64,000 nucleotides of DNA from contig CBDBFX010000002.1 in assembly GCA_965205205.1 (NCBI GenBank), forward strand, positions 1,821,506 through 1,885,505, given 5' to 3'. The notes below the pieces were generated by a model. The model was not told the DNA's origin and ran no database searches. It saw nothing but the letters and a program-made list of their open reading frames with translations. Within the stretch, counting starts at the first letter, position 1. The number at the start of each line of letters is the position of its first letter. Shown here piece by piece: positions 9,809-19,283 of the stretch. The position numbers and the translations under genes are program-made. Source of the DNA: Arenicellales bacterium (GTDB taxonomy: Bacteria > Pseudomonadota > Gammaproteobacteria > Arenicellales > JAJDZL01).

Positions 9809-10522
9809 CTAACCAGACACCTTGATCCGTACTTTTCTGCCTGATCTCGCCTGAAAGAGTGCGGAACGATTGTCGGGATCAACTTCGAGTAGCAGCCATC
9901 CTGCACGAGAAAGGTGTGGGCCGATCATGGATATTTTTCCATCAAGTTCAATGACTGCATTCCATTCATTGTTCCAGCGGTCAATGGCGATGAGACGGAA
10001 AGGAGGAACGCCATCGGCGGAATCAGCAGATGATTCGGGTCTGTCCAGCGTTGCGGCGAGCTGCAGGACCTGCCCCTCAAGGTTAAGCATCCGCTCATCC
10101 AGTCGTTTCGCCACCGCTGACTGCAGAGCGATGACCGACTCGAGTTTCGGCAGGATCGCGTCGATCGGCTGCAGGCGCTCATCGAAATAAAGGCACGAGT
10201 CGTTTTGCTGTTTCAGTCCGATCTTGATTTCCTCCAGCAGGGATACGATTTTGGGTTCCGCTGCCACCGATTCCTTAGGTGTCGGGTCCAGCGTGGGATC
10301 GGTGGTTTCTGCAGTTTCGGAGGCGGTAACATCGGAGTGAGCGATCCCGTCAGCTGGCTCCAGGGTTTGGGCATCTACGATTTCCTGAATCGAGGCCGGA
10401 GGTGAGCTGTCGCTTCGAGCATTCGAACGGGAAAACCACTGTACCCACAAGATCGAACCGACCAGAATGACAGTTGTGACCGAGATGATCAACCTGCGAG
10501 ACATATTTTTTGAAAAATTCAC
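9809..10522 (-). CDS. Hypothetical membrane-anchored protein at the pilM position of the type IVb pilus cluster
   Basis: 237 aa with one N-terminal TM helix (LIISVTTVILVGSILWVQWF) and an acidic, coiled-coil middle. It is the last gene of the pil block. No motif was recognised. Confidence 0.3.
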   Translation of the reverse strand: MNFSKNMSRRLIISVTTVILVGSILWVQWFSRSNARSDSSPPASIQEIVDAQTLEPADGIAHSDVTASETAETTDPTLDPTPKESVAAEPKIVSLLEEIKIGLKQQNDSCLYFDERLQPIDAILPKLESVIALQSAVAKRLDERMLNLEGQVLQLAATLDRPESSADSADGVPPFRLIAIDRWNNEWNAVIELDGKISMIGPHLSRAGWLLLEVDPDNRSALFQARSGRKVRIKVSG

Positions 10523-10739
10523 GATTGTTCTCTCCCCTTTTTGTTTTCAGTTCAATCTTATGAACGCCATCATGGCGGAGCTGTTCAACGGTTCTAGGTT
10601 CATCGTTCCGCCTGCTGAGTGAGACTACCGACCACAAGCGCCATTTCCGGCCATTCCAACTGATGCTGGTTCAGCAGGTATTCAGAACCGATGCTGGGAA
10701 GGACCAGTGTACGGAAAGAATCTGACGGGACTGAGAGCA

Positions 10740-11213
10740 TCATTTGATCAGCTGTGTGCCGTAAATCCCTGCGGCGGTCAATCCCAGCCCCACGCCGAAT
10801 GGTTTCTCCTCCCTTCGCAGATAGACGGTCAGCATCAGCACCGACGCACCGACCAGGAGAAAAGGAATTGACCGGTGTCCCAGCCAAGCGCCCAGGGCAC
10901 CGAGAAATTTGGCATCACCGAATCCAATCCCTGCCGTTCCATATCTTTTCGTCTGCCAGATTCGTAGTACCTGAATGCTGAAGAAACCGGTTACCAATCC
11001 CAATATTGCGGAATTGAAGGGAACGATCAGATTGAAACAATTGATGGTGATGCCACTGACGGTCAGTGGCACGACGATGCGATCGGGCAGCTGATTCCAC
11101 CGATGATCTTCAACCGCTAAGACTGTGACAGCCAGACAGAAAACGAGATACAGAAGGGGCTGAATCACTGCTGCGAACATGGGTATGATCCGTTGGTTTC
11201 GAGCAGGACCCAA
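10740..11213 (-). CDS. Prepilin peptidase (A24 family, peptidase domain only)
   Basis: 157-aa polytopic membrane protein with the A24 active-site block GIGFGDAKFLGALGAWLG. It lies directly after the pilin genes. Confidence 0.75.
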   Translation of the reverse strand: MGPARNQRIIPMFAAVIQPLLYLVFCLAVTVLAVEDHRWNQLPDRIVVPLTVSGITINCFNLIVPFNSAILGLVTGFFSIQVLRIWQTKRYGTAGIGFGDAKFLGALGAWLGHRSIPFLLVGASVLMLTVYLRREEKPFGVGLGLTAAGIYGTQLIK

Positions 11214-11288
11214 GTCATCATCAGCTGCCGTTCGAATTCAACCGTCATTGCAGAATGCAAGCAACAAATAGGATGGGTGAATGGACGG

Positions 11289-12713
11289 TCAGCATGCATT
11301 GCTGGCATTACCGCCACAAATCCCGCCGTCGCAATTTCCATTGGCGTCAAAGCAGCAGGAGGAATAAATTCTGATTGAATGATTGCTGCAGCTAAGGTCA
11401 TCGCTATTTCTCGTCTGATAAGAATATGTATTTGATATTCCGATGTAGCGGCCGCAGCCTGATGAGCAGATGCCGGAACAGCTGGTTCGCCTGCCATACG
11501 TTGAAAGCACCGATTCTCTGGACGGTGTGCAGTTTTGAATGGAGCTTCCTGAGATGTTGAGTATGCTATGAGCATTCTGATCAATCAACTTGCGGTTGGC
11601 TGCAATATTGTCTGTGTTGTTGTCCACCCGATCATTCAGGCCGTCGATATCAGCTGTATTTTTTACAATTTCCCGTCGATTTGCTGAGATGGCATCGGCA
11701 TTCGTCTGGATTCCCCGTTCATTGACGGTTACCCGGGAAGTCAGGGTGTTGATTTCCGAGTCTATTCTTGTGATGTCGGGCGCCTGATCGAAGCGATCGA
11801 AACCGGTTCCCGTAACACCGTCTGTCGGATCAACATTGAGTGCATCAAAATCACCCGACGAAGCCTGCAGCGTATTCGCGTCGATGTTTCCGGTGACGAC
11901 AAGATCGCCGGAAGTCGTGTTTATTTCAACGTTTCCCGTTCCCTCCAACTGCAGTCCGGCGGTGGACATATTGATCTGCATGCCGTTTTCAAAATTCAAC
12001 CCGCCGGTCATTTTGTTACCACCGTCGATGCGGAGAAATGGTGTTTCACCCGTACCCAGTACGCCAACCCTCGCCTGCAGGCGGGCGAGGTTTTCCACCT
12101 TATCAAAATCATAGTTGGGATTGTTCGGATCGAAAATCACGGCTGACGCATCGGCCTCGGCGAATGTCAATTCGAAAAAATCCATAACACCCGCTCCGGT
12201 TTCTTCAGTCGCGGTCTGAAATGCGGCGGCCGCCAGGTCCGCACGCGAATCCGGCAGTCCATCGCCATTGGCATCAGCTCCACTTCGAAATACACCAAAG
12301 TCGACGAACCCAAGTGTACCACTCGGACCGAGGGTAACATCAATCTCAAGATCGCCAAAGGTCATCGGATCGCCCGAATCCGTATACAGATAAGAAATCT
12401 GTGTGGCGGCGCCATAAGTACAGGACAGAAACCGTCGGCCATTCGGAGCACCACAGTCCTGCAGTTCATTGACCCTGTAAATGCCATTTGCAGTGGGTGG
12501 TGATTCGGCCAGCCAGGTGGCCGCGGCGCGCGCATAGGTTGCAATGGCGCGCCCGGCATTTCGTGCACTGTCAATTTCCATCTGACTCAGTCTAGACTGA
12601 GCCCATAGTGCAATCACAACAATCCCGACGCTCAGGACAATCAAGGTCTCCGCCATTGAAATCGCCCCTTTCTGAGAGCGTCGAATCGGCTGACTGTTCG
12701 GATGATGAAGCAT
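11289..12713 (-). CDS. pilV: Type IVb minor pilin / tip adhesin PilV-like with a fibre-like C-terminal region
   Basis: The ATG at 12713 has a GAGG 8 nt upstream and follows the pilS stop at 12724. The prepilin leader ends in KG|AISMAETLIVLSVGIVVIAL. The C-terminal half carries the heptad-like repeats NADAISANRREIVKNTADIDGLNDRVDNNTDNIAANRKLIDQNAHSI. The extreme C-terminus is uncertain. Confidence 0.7.
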   Translation of the reverse strand: MLHHPNSQPIRRSQKGAISMAETLIVLSVGIVVIALWAQSRLSQMEIDSARNAGRAIATYARAAATWLAESPPTANGIYRVNELQDCGAPNGRRFLSCTYGAATQISYLYTDSGDPMTFGDLEIDVTLGPSGTLGFVDFGVFRSGADANGDGLPDSRADLAAAAFQTATEETGAGVMDFFELTFAEADASAVIFDPNNPNYDFDKVENLARLQARVGVLGTGETPFLRIDGGNKMTGGLNFENGMQINMSTAGLQLEGTGNVEINTTSGDLVVTGNIDANTLQASSGDFDALNVDPTDGVTGTGFDRFDQAPDITRIDSEINTLTSRVTVNERGIQTNADAISANRREIVKNTADIDGLNDRVDNNTDNIAANRKLIDQNAHSILNISGSSIQNCTPSRESVLSTYGRRTSCSGICSSGCGRYIGISNTYSYQTRNSDDLSCSNHSIRIYSSCCFDANGNCDGGICGGNASNAC

Positions 12714-12723
12714 CGGTTCGCCT

Positions 12724-13293
12724 CTAACCTCGGAACGTCCACTCGACATCATTGGGAGGAGTAGTGGCACAGAGTCCGGCGATGTCCGCTGCGGATGAAT
12801 CTTCCTGATCGGCCGCGCTTAGATCAAGTTCCGTGCCGCCGATGTCGACTGACTCCGCCATCTCCGCGGTCGTCGCCACGAGCGACGAGCAGGCCGCATC
12901 GGGCAAATCTTCGAATACAACGGAGAACGACTGTCCATCTCCGGTAATTTCCACATTGCCGTTCCAGGGATGCTGGGGAGATGTACTTCCGGCCACGATG
13001 AAATGGCGGGGAAACCCCGCCAAACTACTGGCGAGTGTCGTATTCAAACCTTCAAAATTGTTTCGTATGCCAAAAGTCATGCGCACGGTTGACACGATCT
13101 GCGTCAGCCCATTCATGCCGGTTGATGCGTTTCGCGCGGCCACGAGCGCTGGAATTCCAGCAAATACGACCGCGAGCACGGTTGCGCCGACGCCAAGAGC
13201 GATCAGTGTTTCGGCAACGGTGATTGCACCTTTTTCCCGTTCGCTCGGTGGTTTCGCGCGAAAAAAGTGGGATATGAAGTGATGTATTTTCAT
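12724..13293 (-). CDS. pilS: Type IVb major prepilin PilS-like
   Basis: The ORF track gives 12724..13569. The ATG at 13293 follows the pilR stop (13328) and yields MKIHHFISHFFRAKPPSEREKG|AITVAETLIALGVGATVLAV, a classic long-leader type IVb prepilin. Confidence 0.75.
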   Translation of the reverse strand: MKIHHFISHFFRAKPPSEREKGAITVAETLIALGVGATVLAVVFAGIPALVAARNASTGMNGLTQIVSTVRMTFGIRNNFEGLNTTLASSLAGFPRHFIVAGSTSPQHPWNGNVEITGDGQSFSVVFEDLPDAACSSLVATTAEMAESVDIGGTELDLSAADQEDSSAADIAGLCATTPPNDVEWTFRG

Positions 13294-13327
13294 GTTTGTA
13301 CTCCAAGTAATGGTCAATGGTGATGAT

Positions 13328-14386
13328 TTAAAAAGTTGAGTTCTGAAGGGAAAACACCACCCGTGCAATGCCGATGTAAATCCAGATTGAGATGGCGCCA
13401 ATGCAGAGCAGCAGTATTGATGAGAGGGATTTGGTCGTGCGTTCGAGTCGGCGTAGCGCCAGTTCCAGTTCTTCTTCGGCGATGCGTTCCGCATGCGTGG
13501 TGAAATCACCGATCCGTTCGTAAATTCGCAACGTATCCAGAGTTTCAGCGGAAAAAAGACCAGTGTCAAGCGCCTGATCGACGCTGTGACCGCGGTACAG
13601 GTTGGAACGCATCATCCGAACGTGGGATGCCAGGTAGACAGGCAGCCCACTTTCCAGCTGACTGAGCGCCTTGAATCTCTGCACACCGGCTTGCATCAGT
13701 GCCAGCAGGGCATTGAAGATCTCAGGACCGGTAAACTGCCGATACAGCGCAAAGGGTGGAAACCAGTCCAATCGTTGGCGAAGGGGGCCGGTCCAGCGGG
13801 GTGCAGCCCAGATGGAGAGGCCGAATATTAATCCGATGAATGTTGCCAGCAACAAACCCCAATTGGAGAGAAACTCCGAGAATGCCAAGACGCTGAGCGA
13901 TACTTTCGGCCATTTTGATTCGTCGAGAATTGAGGTCATGGCGGATAACGCCTGACCGGGTAGCAGCGAGATGATCAGTCCGCCGCCGAACAGCAGAATG
14001 ATCGGGTAGGTCAATCCTGAGACCAGGGTCGTTCGAAGTTTACGTCGGACCGTCGCGATTCGCGCGGCCTGTTCAAAACCGTCTGCGATTCTTCCCTCCT
14101 GAGTAATTTGAATGATCACCAGCTCTTCCTGTGGTACCCATCCGTCTGCGGCCGCCGCAAACCCGCCGTAGCGGATTGCAGTTCGCTGATGTTGGGCAAA
14201 GTGCATGGATACCGAATTCTCGACTTTACTCTCGCATAGAAAGTCAATCGCCGCGGTAATGGGTACGCCGGAACGGCTGAGCGAGGCGAGCCGCATCCAC
14301 AATCGGGCGCGAGTGGATGCGGACTGCCGGAATCGCTGCCGGTAGATGAAGTTCTTGGCACGTTCGATCCAAATCGGCGTCAACAT
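13328..14386 (-). CDS. pilR: Type IV pilus platform protein PilR-like (GspF family)
   Basis: 352-aa polytopic membrane protein directly downstream of the GspE-like ATPase. Length and TM layout fit the GspF/PilC family. Confidence 0.75.
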   Translation of the reverse strand: MLTPIWIERAKNFIYRQRFRQSASTRARLWMRLASLSRSGVPITAAIDFLCESKVENSVSMHFAQHQRTAIRYGGFAAAADGWVPQEELVIIQITQEGRIADGFEQAARIATVRRKLRTTLVSGLTYPIILLFGGGLIISLLPGQALSAMTSILDESKWPKVSLSVLAFSEFLSNWGLLLATFIGLIFGLSIWAAPRWTGPLRQRLDWFPPFALYRQFTGPEIFNALLALMQAGVQRFKALSQLESGLPVYLASHVRMMRSNLYRGHSVDQALDTGLFSAETLDTLRIYERIGDFTTHAERIAEEELELALRRLERTTKSLSSILLLCIGAISIWIYIGIARVVFSLQNSTF

Positions 14387-14422
14387 GGGTTCATTCGTTC
14401 CGCATCGGGTGTTTGTCTGAGT

Positions 14423-16012
14423 TCAGGCAACTTTGGCTTTTCCTGCCCGGTTCAATTCCGTTTCCAGCGTACCGATCTGCCATTCGACATCGGTCGGTGA
14501 CACCAGACCTTTGGCGATCAGCTCGATCCCCTGCCGATTTACCGGACGACCGTTGAGGTCATTGAGCCAGTGTTGGCGGGCGCTGTGGTAGTCGCCTTTA
14601 CTGAGTCTGAAAATCATCTCCTCATCAGGTACCACTATTTCGGCCATGACCGTGCGGCCAATGACACCGCTCCCACCGCAGCTTTCGCAGTGGCCATCAC
14701 CCCGGTAACAGATTCTGGCGCTCTCCAGGCCGTGTGCTTCAACGACCGACTGCGCTCGCCGCATGCTGTTCAGGCGCCGATGATCACTGTCGCGGCGATT
14801 CCGGATCCATGCATCCGCGCGAACTTTGCAGTCGGGACACAGTTTCGGAACGAGAGCCTGAAATATCAGTCCTTTCAGTACGTCAGGCGTACACAGCAGC
14901 TTGGCGTTGATTCCAAGTCCCGTGAGGCGACCGACGATCCCGAGCGCGGTGGAAGCATGCACCGTGGTATAGACTCGGTGCCCAGACTGAGCGAATTTAA
15001 TCGTCAGCAGTCCCGACTGCAGGTCGCGAACCTCACCGACCATCAGCGTATCGGGGTCGCAGCGCAGTGCTCCACGAATCGCAAAGCTGAACTCGTCGCC
15101 GTCGATGCGTCCAATTTTCCTTATTACAGGCACCTGCGTCGCACCCGGAATGAGCCGCTCCGGCGGGTCTTCAACGGTGATGATTCGGAGCCGAAACTGA
15201 TGCATTTCGAGTTCCTCGCACAACATGCTGACAATTGATGTGCTTTTTCCACTGCCGACACCACCTGCAATGACCAAGAGACCCGATGAGCGCTGTACGA
15301 TGGTTCGAATGGCCTGAATTTGGTCCTGTTCATATCCCAATTCTTCAAGAAGCATAATGTCTTCACTGCTCGGCAACAATCGCAGCACCATGTCATAACC
15401 GTCGGGTGATGCGGGAATCGTTCCAACCCGAACGCGGACTCGTCGCCCGTTTGCGAGAATGGTGTCGGCCACCGCATCCTGAGGTTCGTGGCGGTTCCAG
15501 GTAACCGCCTGATCATGCCCCATCACCTCATAGATGAACCGGCAGGTCTGATCGGCCGTCAACTCGGTCCATTCGGCATAGCGGACAATCTGACCGCTGA
15601 TTCGGAAACTGACTTTAGCGGTTACTCGGCGGCGCACGATGTGAATGTCAGATGCTTTTTCCGCCACTGCTTTGGCTAGTAGCACGCGCACGATGTCCTG
15701 TCCTCTCTCATAATCCAGATCGGCTGTGCTTGGGTTGGCTATCTTTTCCGCATCGGCGTAGACATCTTCCAAATCACTCGGTGCCACTTCTATCTGATCG
15801 ATCACCTGTACGTTGCGTCTTTTGAGATTCTCCCGAAGCTGAGCCTTCAGTCGCGCCGGGTACTGGAGGGTCGTGAACAGAATGTAAGCGGCCGTCGGTG
15901 GCTCATCTTCCGAAACTGCAGCATAAAACATACGTTCTGACTGGTCTATCGGTACCCAGGACCCCGGGCCACCAGTCAGTACCAACTTGTATGACGGTAG
16001 ATTCGTACTCAT
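14423..16012 (-). CDS. pilQ: Type IV pilus assembly ATPase PilQ-like (GspE family)
   Basis: 529 aa. It has Walker A GGVGSGKST, a Walker B-like IITVEDPPE, and a tetracysteine cluster (CPDC ... CESCGGSG) typical of GspE ATPases. Confidence 0.9.
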   Translation of the reverse strand: MSTNLPSYKLVLTGGPGSWVPIDQSERMFYAAVSEDEPPTAAYILFTTLQYPARLKAQLRENLKRRNVQVIDQIEVAPSDLEDVYADAEKIANPSTADLDYERGQDIVRVLLAKAVAEKASDIHIVRRRVTAKVSFRISGQIVRYAEWTELTADQTCRFIYEVMGHDQAVTWNRHEPQDAVADTILANGRRVRVRVGTIPASPDGYDMVLRLLPSSEDIMLLEELGYEQDQIQAIRTIVQRSSGLLVIAGGVGSGKSTSIVSMLCEELEMHQFRLRIITVEDPPERLIPGATQVPVIRKIGRIDGDEFSFAIRGALRCDPDTLMVGEVRDLQSGLLTIKFAQSGHRVYTTVHASTALGIVGRLTGLGINAKLLCTPDVLKGLIFQALVPKLCPDCKVRADAWIRNRRDSDHRRLNSMRRAQSVVEAHGLESARICYRGDGHCESCGGSGVIGRTVMAEIVVPDEEMIFRLSKGDYHSARQHWLNDLNGRPVNRQGIELIAKGLVSPTDVEWQIGTLETELNRAGKAKVA

Positions 16013-16524
16013 TTCGATTCCGTTCCTTTCTGCTGTATTGAATGGGGAAGTCCGGATAGCCCGACTGAAATGTGATGTCCGGAAACGAGCAGATGAATGC
16101 CCCGAGGATGAACTTCGGTAACCTGCGCCAGACGGATTGAATCGCCGGCCTGCAGTCTGTATTCCCGTCCATCTAGGCGCGCGTAAGCGATCAGCGCATC
16201 CTGAGTACCGGCAATCGCATAAACTTTCAGGTTCTGATCAAACCAGTTGACGCGATCCATGCCAGGTTCCGGATCATCGGCCGATTCATCGTCAAGCACC
16301 TGTGGGGGCGGACTGTTATGGTTCAGATTCAGTTCAGAAATTTTGGCGGCCAGCTGTTGGTATTCAAGCACGCGCTGAAGTATGTCTTTTTGATTGTGAA
16401 GACAGTCCAGGAGAGCAACCGTGCCTGAGCTGTCACTGCAGGCCTGTGGGATGCCTGGGAACTGCTGGGCATGCACCGGAGGAGACGCAATGAACGCCAG
16501 GACGACGATCATTCTATTCAGCAT
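16009..16524 (-). CDS. pilP: Type IVb pilus biogenesis protein PilP-like
   Basis: The ATG at 16524 overlaps the pilO end and gives the signal peptide MLNRMIVVLAFIASPPVHA. The small periplasmic product sits between pilO and pilQ, as in R64/PAPI-1-type clusters. Confidence 0.5.
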   Translation of the reverse strand: MLNRMIVVLAFIASPPVHAQQFPGIPQACSDSSGTVALLDCLHNQKDILQRVLEYQQLAAKISELNLNHNSPPPQVLDDESADDPEPGMDRVNWFDQNLKVYAIAGTQDALIAYARLDGREYRLQAGDSIRLAQVTEVHPRGIHLLVSGHHISVGLSGLPHSIQQKGTESK

Positions 16525-17737
16525 GTGCAAAGTAGTCTGCCTCCACTTCCCAATTGAATGAATCGGCCAGTGACACCTTGACTCTGGACACGTGCAGAGG
16601 CAGATCCTGCAGACCGACTGCACTGGTGATGAGCTGATGCAGCTGACCGCCGCTCCCGCTCAGTTGCGAGCGCGTAACAGGGTATTGTTTCCCAGTAATT
16701 TTCGCCGGCTCCAGCTCCCATCGCCCGGGTAAACGGGTAAGCCGGTCCATCAGTTCAATGCGATCGTCTTTCTCATCGAGCCGCGGTTCGTATGTACTGT
16801 CATCCGGACGCACCGCCGCCATGAATGGTATTTTTTCAACGACGGCATTGGCGTGCTGGTTGAATTCGATCTGATGCCGGTCAAGATGCATCGAAATATC
16901 ATTGATGCTTCCGTGTTCGCGGTGCCAGGTGACGGAAATGACATCTTTCTGCCATTCGTATGAATGAGCTTTCCAGCCACCGGCCCGCAGCGGTCGATCG
17001 TAAATGGTATCCGCCAGTGTGGCCATCAGCGCCGGGGCATGCTGGCTGATCGTCTGCTGAACTGCGATTTTCTCCTGTTCAAAGACCTGTCTGGATGCCT
17101 GCTGGCGCAGTCGCTGTTGGCTGTTGGTGTCGGCCAGGTGGTCATAAAACAGCCAACCGCCGATGGCAACGGCCGCCAGCAGAACTGCAGACACAATGCT
17201 CTGCACCGGTTTCCTGAATTTCTGTTTACGCAGTGGCTGGCAGATGACTTCCGCAGCTGGAGTTGCCGGGCCGATCAGGTCAGCAAAATCAAGCTGCAGC
17301 GCGCCTTCAATCTGGAACACTCCGGATTTATCGTAGAACGGTATTGTTTTCCCGGCGATATCAATTCGGATTTCCACCAATCGTTCTTCGATCCGTTCCT
17401 TACTGCCAATCAGATCGCCAGCAGGGAAAACTGCGCCATCCTCTATCGTGCAGAGCCAATACAGCTCATCGGTCAACCGTTCAATCAGTATGGCCGAGCG
17501 TTGGGCTTGGGCGAGTTGCGCGGCCCCGCTTTTGTGCCCCAGATCTTCCTTTTCAGTGGTGGCCCCCAGCTGATAGCCGGCTGGAGTCTCCAATTCGAAG
17601 TAGCCGACGACTTCCTTTTCGATGGACAGAAGTTCGCGGTTTTTCCGTCGCTCGCGACCGGCCGGTGGCCACCATACGGGAGCCAGCCACATCAGTCCAA
17701 TCACGGTATCTTCATTACATAATCGATGAATCGCCAC
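16514..17737 (-). CDS. pilO: Type IVb pilus biogenesis protein PilO-like
   Basis: 407-aa ORF with a central TM helix (VQSIVSAVLLAAVAIGGWLFY), located between the secretin and pilP. The start may be the ATG at 17692. Confidence 0.5.
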   Translation of the reverse strand: MAIHRLCNEDTVIGLMWLAPVWWPPAGRERRKNRELLSIEKEVVGYFELETPAGYQLGATTEKEDLGHKSGAAQLAQAQRSAILIERLTDELYWLCTIEDGAVFPAGDLIGSKERIEERLVEIRIDIAGKTIPFYDKSGVFQIEGALQLDFADLIGPATPAAEVICQPLRKQKFRKPVQSIVSAVLLAAVAIGGWLFYDHLADTNSQQRLRQQASRQVFEQEKIAVQQTISQHAPALMATLADTIYDRPLRAGGWKAHSYEWQKDVISVTWHREHGSINDISMHLDRHQIEFNQHANAVVEKIPFMAAVRPDDSTYEPRLDEKDDRIELMDRLTRLPGRWELEPAKITGKQYPVTRSQLSGSGGQLHQLITSAVGLQDLPLHVSRVKVSLADSFNWEVEADYFAHAE

Positions 17738-19283
17738 TGTTTCTCCTCCATTGTCTACGTCCGGAAAAATCGATGCTCGGACGAATGATGTACGGTGTTA
17801 TGAGCAGTATCAAACTGGTGCGCGTCGCGGTTATCTTGGACTCGGAGCCCAAGATCTCCTTAGCTCGGGAATCATCTGTTCGAAAGGTGTCAAGTCCTGC
17901 GACGAACAGCAGTTCTCCTGAATTCAGGACCACCGGCAACAGGGCCGATCGAGATTCCAAATTGGGCAGCTGAATCACCGGATCATTGGGTCCGGCATCC
18001 TTTGGGAAACGGCTGATTTCCTTGATTCTGCTCGTTCTTACTGTCAGATTCAACATGATTCGATTGCTGTCTGGCAAGATGCGCGGCAGGACATTGATGG
18101 CGATGCCATCTTGGATTTTGCCAGGTAACAGACGCACCGCCGTCGATCCCTCCCGATTGACCACTTCCCGTCTTTCGAGATAGGAGGTCTCATCACCGAA
18201 AAACACGGGTACCGGCATCCCATTCAGTCCTCGAATGACAGTCGACGTGAGTTTCGCGACTCGGCTTTCACCGGCTGACTGGCGTAGAATGAATTCAATA
18301 TCACTGGTATCCGACTGCTGCGTCGGTGAATGCGTCAGTTGAAAGCCGAGCAGGCTGCCTGCATCGTCACTGCCAAATTTGATTCGGGCCGCGCTTTTTC
18401 CGAATGCTTTTTGCATGAAACCCGTCATGTTGAAACCCGCCGTCGCGTTTTCGCCCTGGTGAATCTCGTACAGATCCACATTGATGAGAACCTGGCTTGT
18501 CAGAGTCTGATTCTTGACCGCAACCCACTCGGCAATCCGCTGCAGCGCCATCGGTATATCAATCACGGTCAGTTCGCCTGAAAGACGGTTGATCGAAAAT
18601 TTCCCAACTTTTGACAGGAGACCGCTCAGTGACGCCTCTATCTGCTCCCAATAATCTGAAGTGTCCAAAGACACGGCGACTTGGTCCTGGGCGCGCAGGT
18701 CGGAACCACCGGAACTGCTCTGAGATGACCCTGAGAGGCCAATCGAAGCCTGCCACTTCGTATCGATTGACGGAACAAAAAGGGTCCACATACCGAGTTC
18801 AGTATGAAAAATCTCAACCTGATCGCGGCGAACACGCCAGCTGTAGCCCAATCGATCCGTAATGTGGCTCAGTGCGCCTTTAGCTGTACCATTCCAGTCG
18901 ACTGTCGGCAGTTCGATGACCTGAAGTTCTGTGGGAATGGTAATGGGCACGTCAATCTGACGGGCGATCTGACGCGTCAGTTCCAGCAGTGAAACCGGTT
19001 CAATGAAAGTGAGTTTGATCACATCGGACAGTGCCGCTGGCTCGGGGTCGGGTGAATCGACGACTTGAATCGGCGCTTGTGGACCGAGCCATGCCTGTGA
19101 ATATTCCTGTACCAGATTGGCGGCAGGTATGCTGCTTTGAGTCTGGGTCGTTTGGATGACTTCGGTTTGTACTTCATCGATGAACTCTTCGGTCACCGCA
19201 CTGATGCCGTGAGGGAGACGGCAGGCGGCAACCAGCACTGCAGAGGCCAAAATCATCATCGTATTGAAAATGCGGCTGATCAT
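17715..19283 (-). CDS. pilN: Type IVb pilus secretin lipoprotein PilN-like
   Basis: 522 aa with the lipobox LVAAC. The C-terminal secretin-like domain ends in SLILLITPYIIRP. It lies downstream of pilL. Confidence 0.75.
   Translation of the reverse strand: MISRIFNTMMILASAVLVAACRLPHGISAVTEEFIDEVQTEVIQTTQTQSSIPAANLVQEYSQAWLGPQAPIQVVDSPDPEPAALSDVIKLTFIEPVSLLELTRQIARQIDVPITIPTELQVIELPTVDWNGTAKGALSHITDRLGYSWRVRRDQVEIFHTELGMWTLFVPSIDTKWQASIGLSGSSQSSSGGSDLRAQDQVAVSLDTSDYWEQIEASLSGLLSKVGKFSINRLSGELTVIDIPMALQRIAEWVAVKNQTLTSQVLINVDLYEIHQGENATAGFNMTGFMQKAFGKSAARIKFGSDDAGSLLGFQLTHSPTQQSDTSDIEFILRQSAGESRVAKLTSTVIRGLNGMPVPVFFGDETSYLERREVVNREGSTAVRLLPGKIQDGIAINVLPRILPDSNRIMLNLTVRTSRIKEISRFPKDAGPNDPVIQLPNLESRSALLPVVLNSGELLFVAGLDTFRTDDSRAKEILGSESKITATRTSLILLITPYIIRPSIDFSGRRQWRRNSGDSSIM

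Noticed and set aside
11165-12770. An R64-type shufflon generating alternative PilV C-termini.
   Set aside because: I found no rci-type recombinase gene in the window, and no repeated 19-bp sfx-like crossover sites or inverted silent cassettes.
16964-17973. Plus-strand ORFs of 252 aa and 236 aa antisense to pilO and pilN.
   Set aside because: They are embedded in a tightly coupled minus-strand operon with recognisable products. Their sequences are Arg/Pro/Ser-rich with no motifs.
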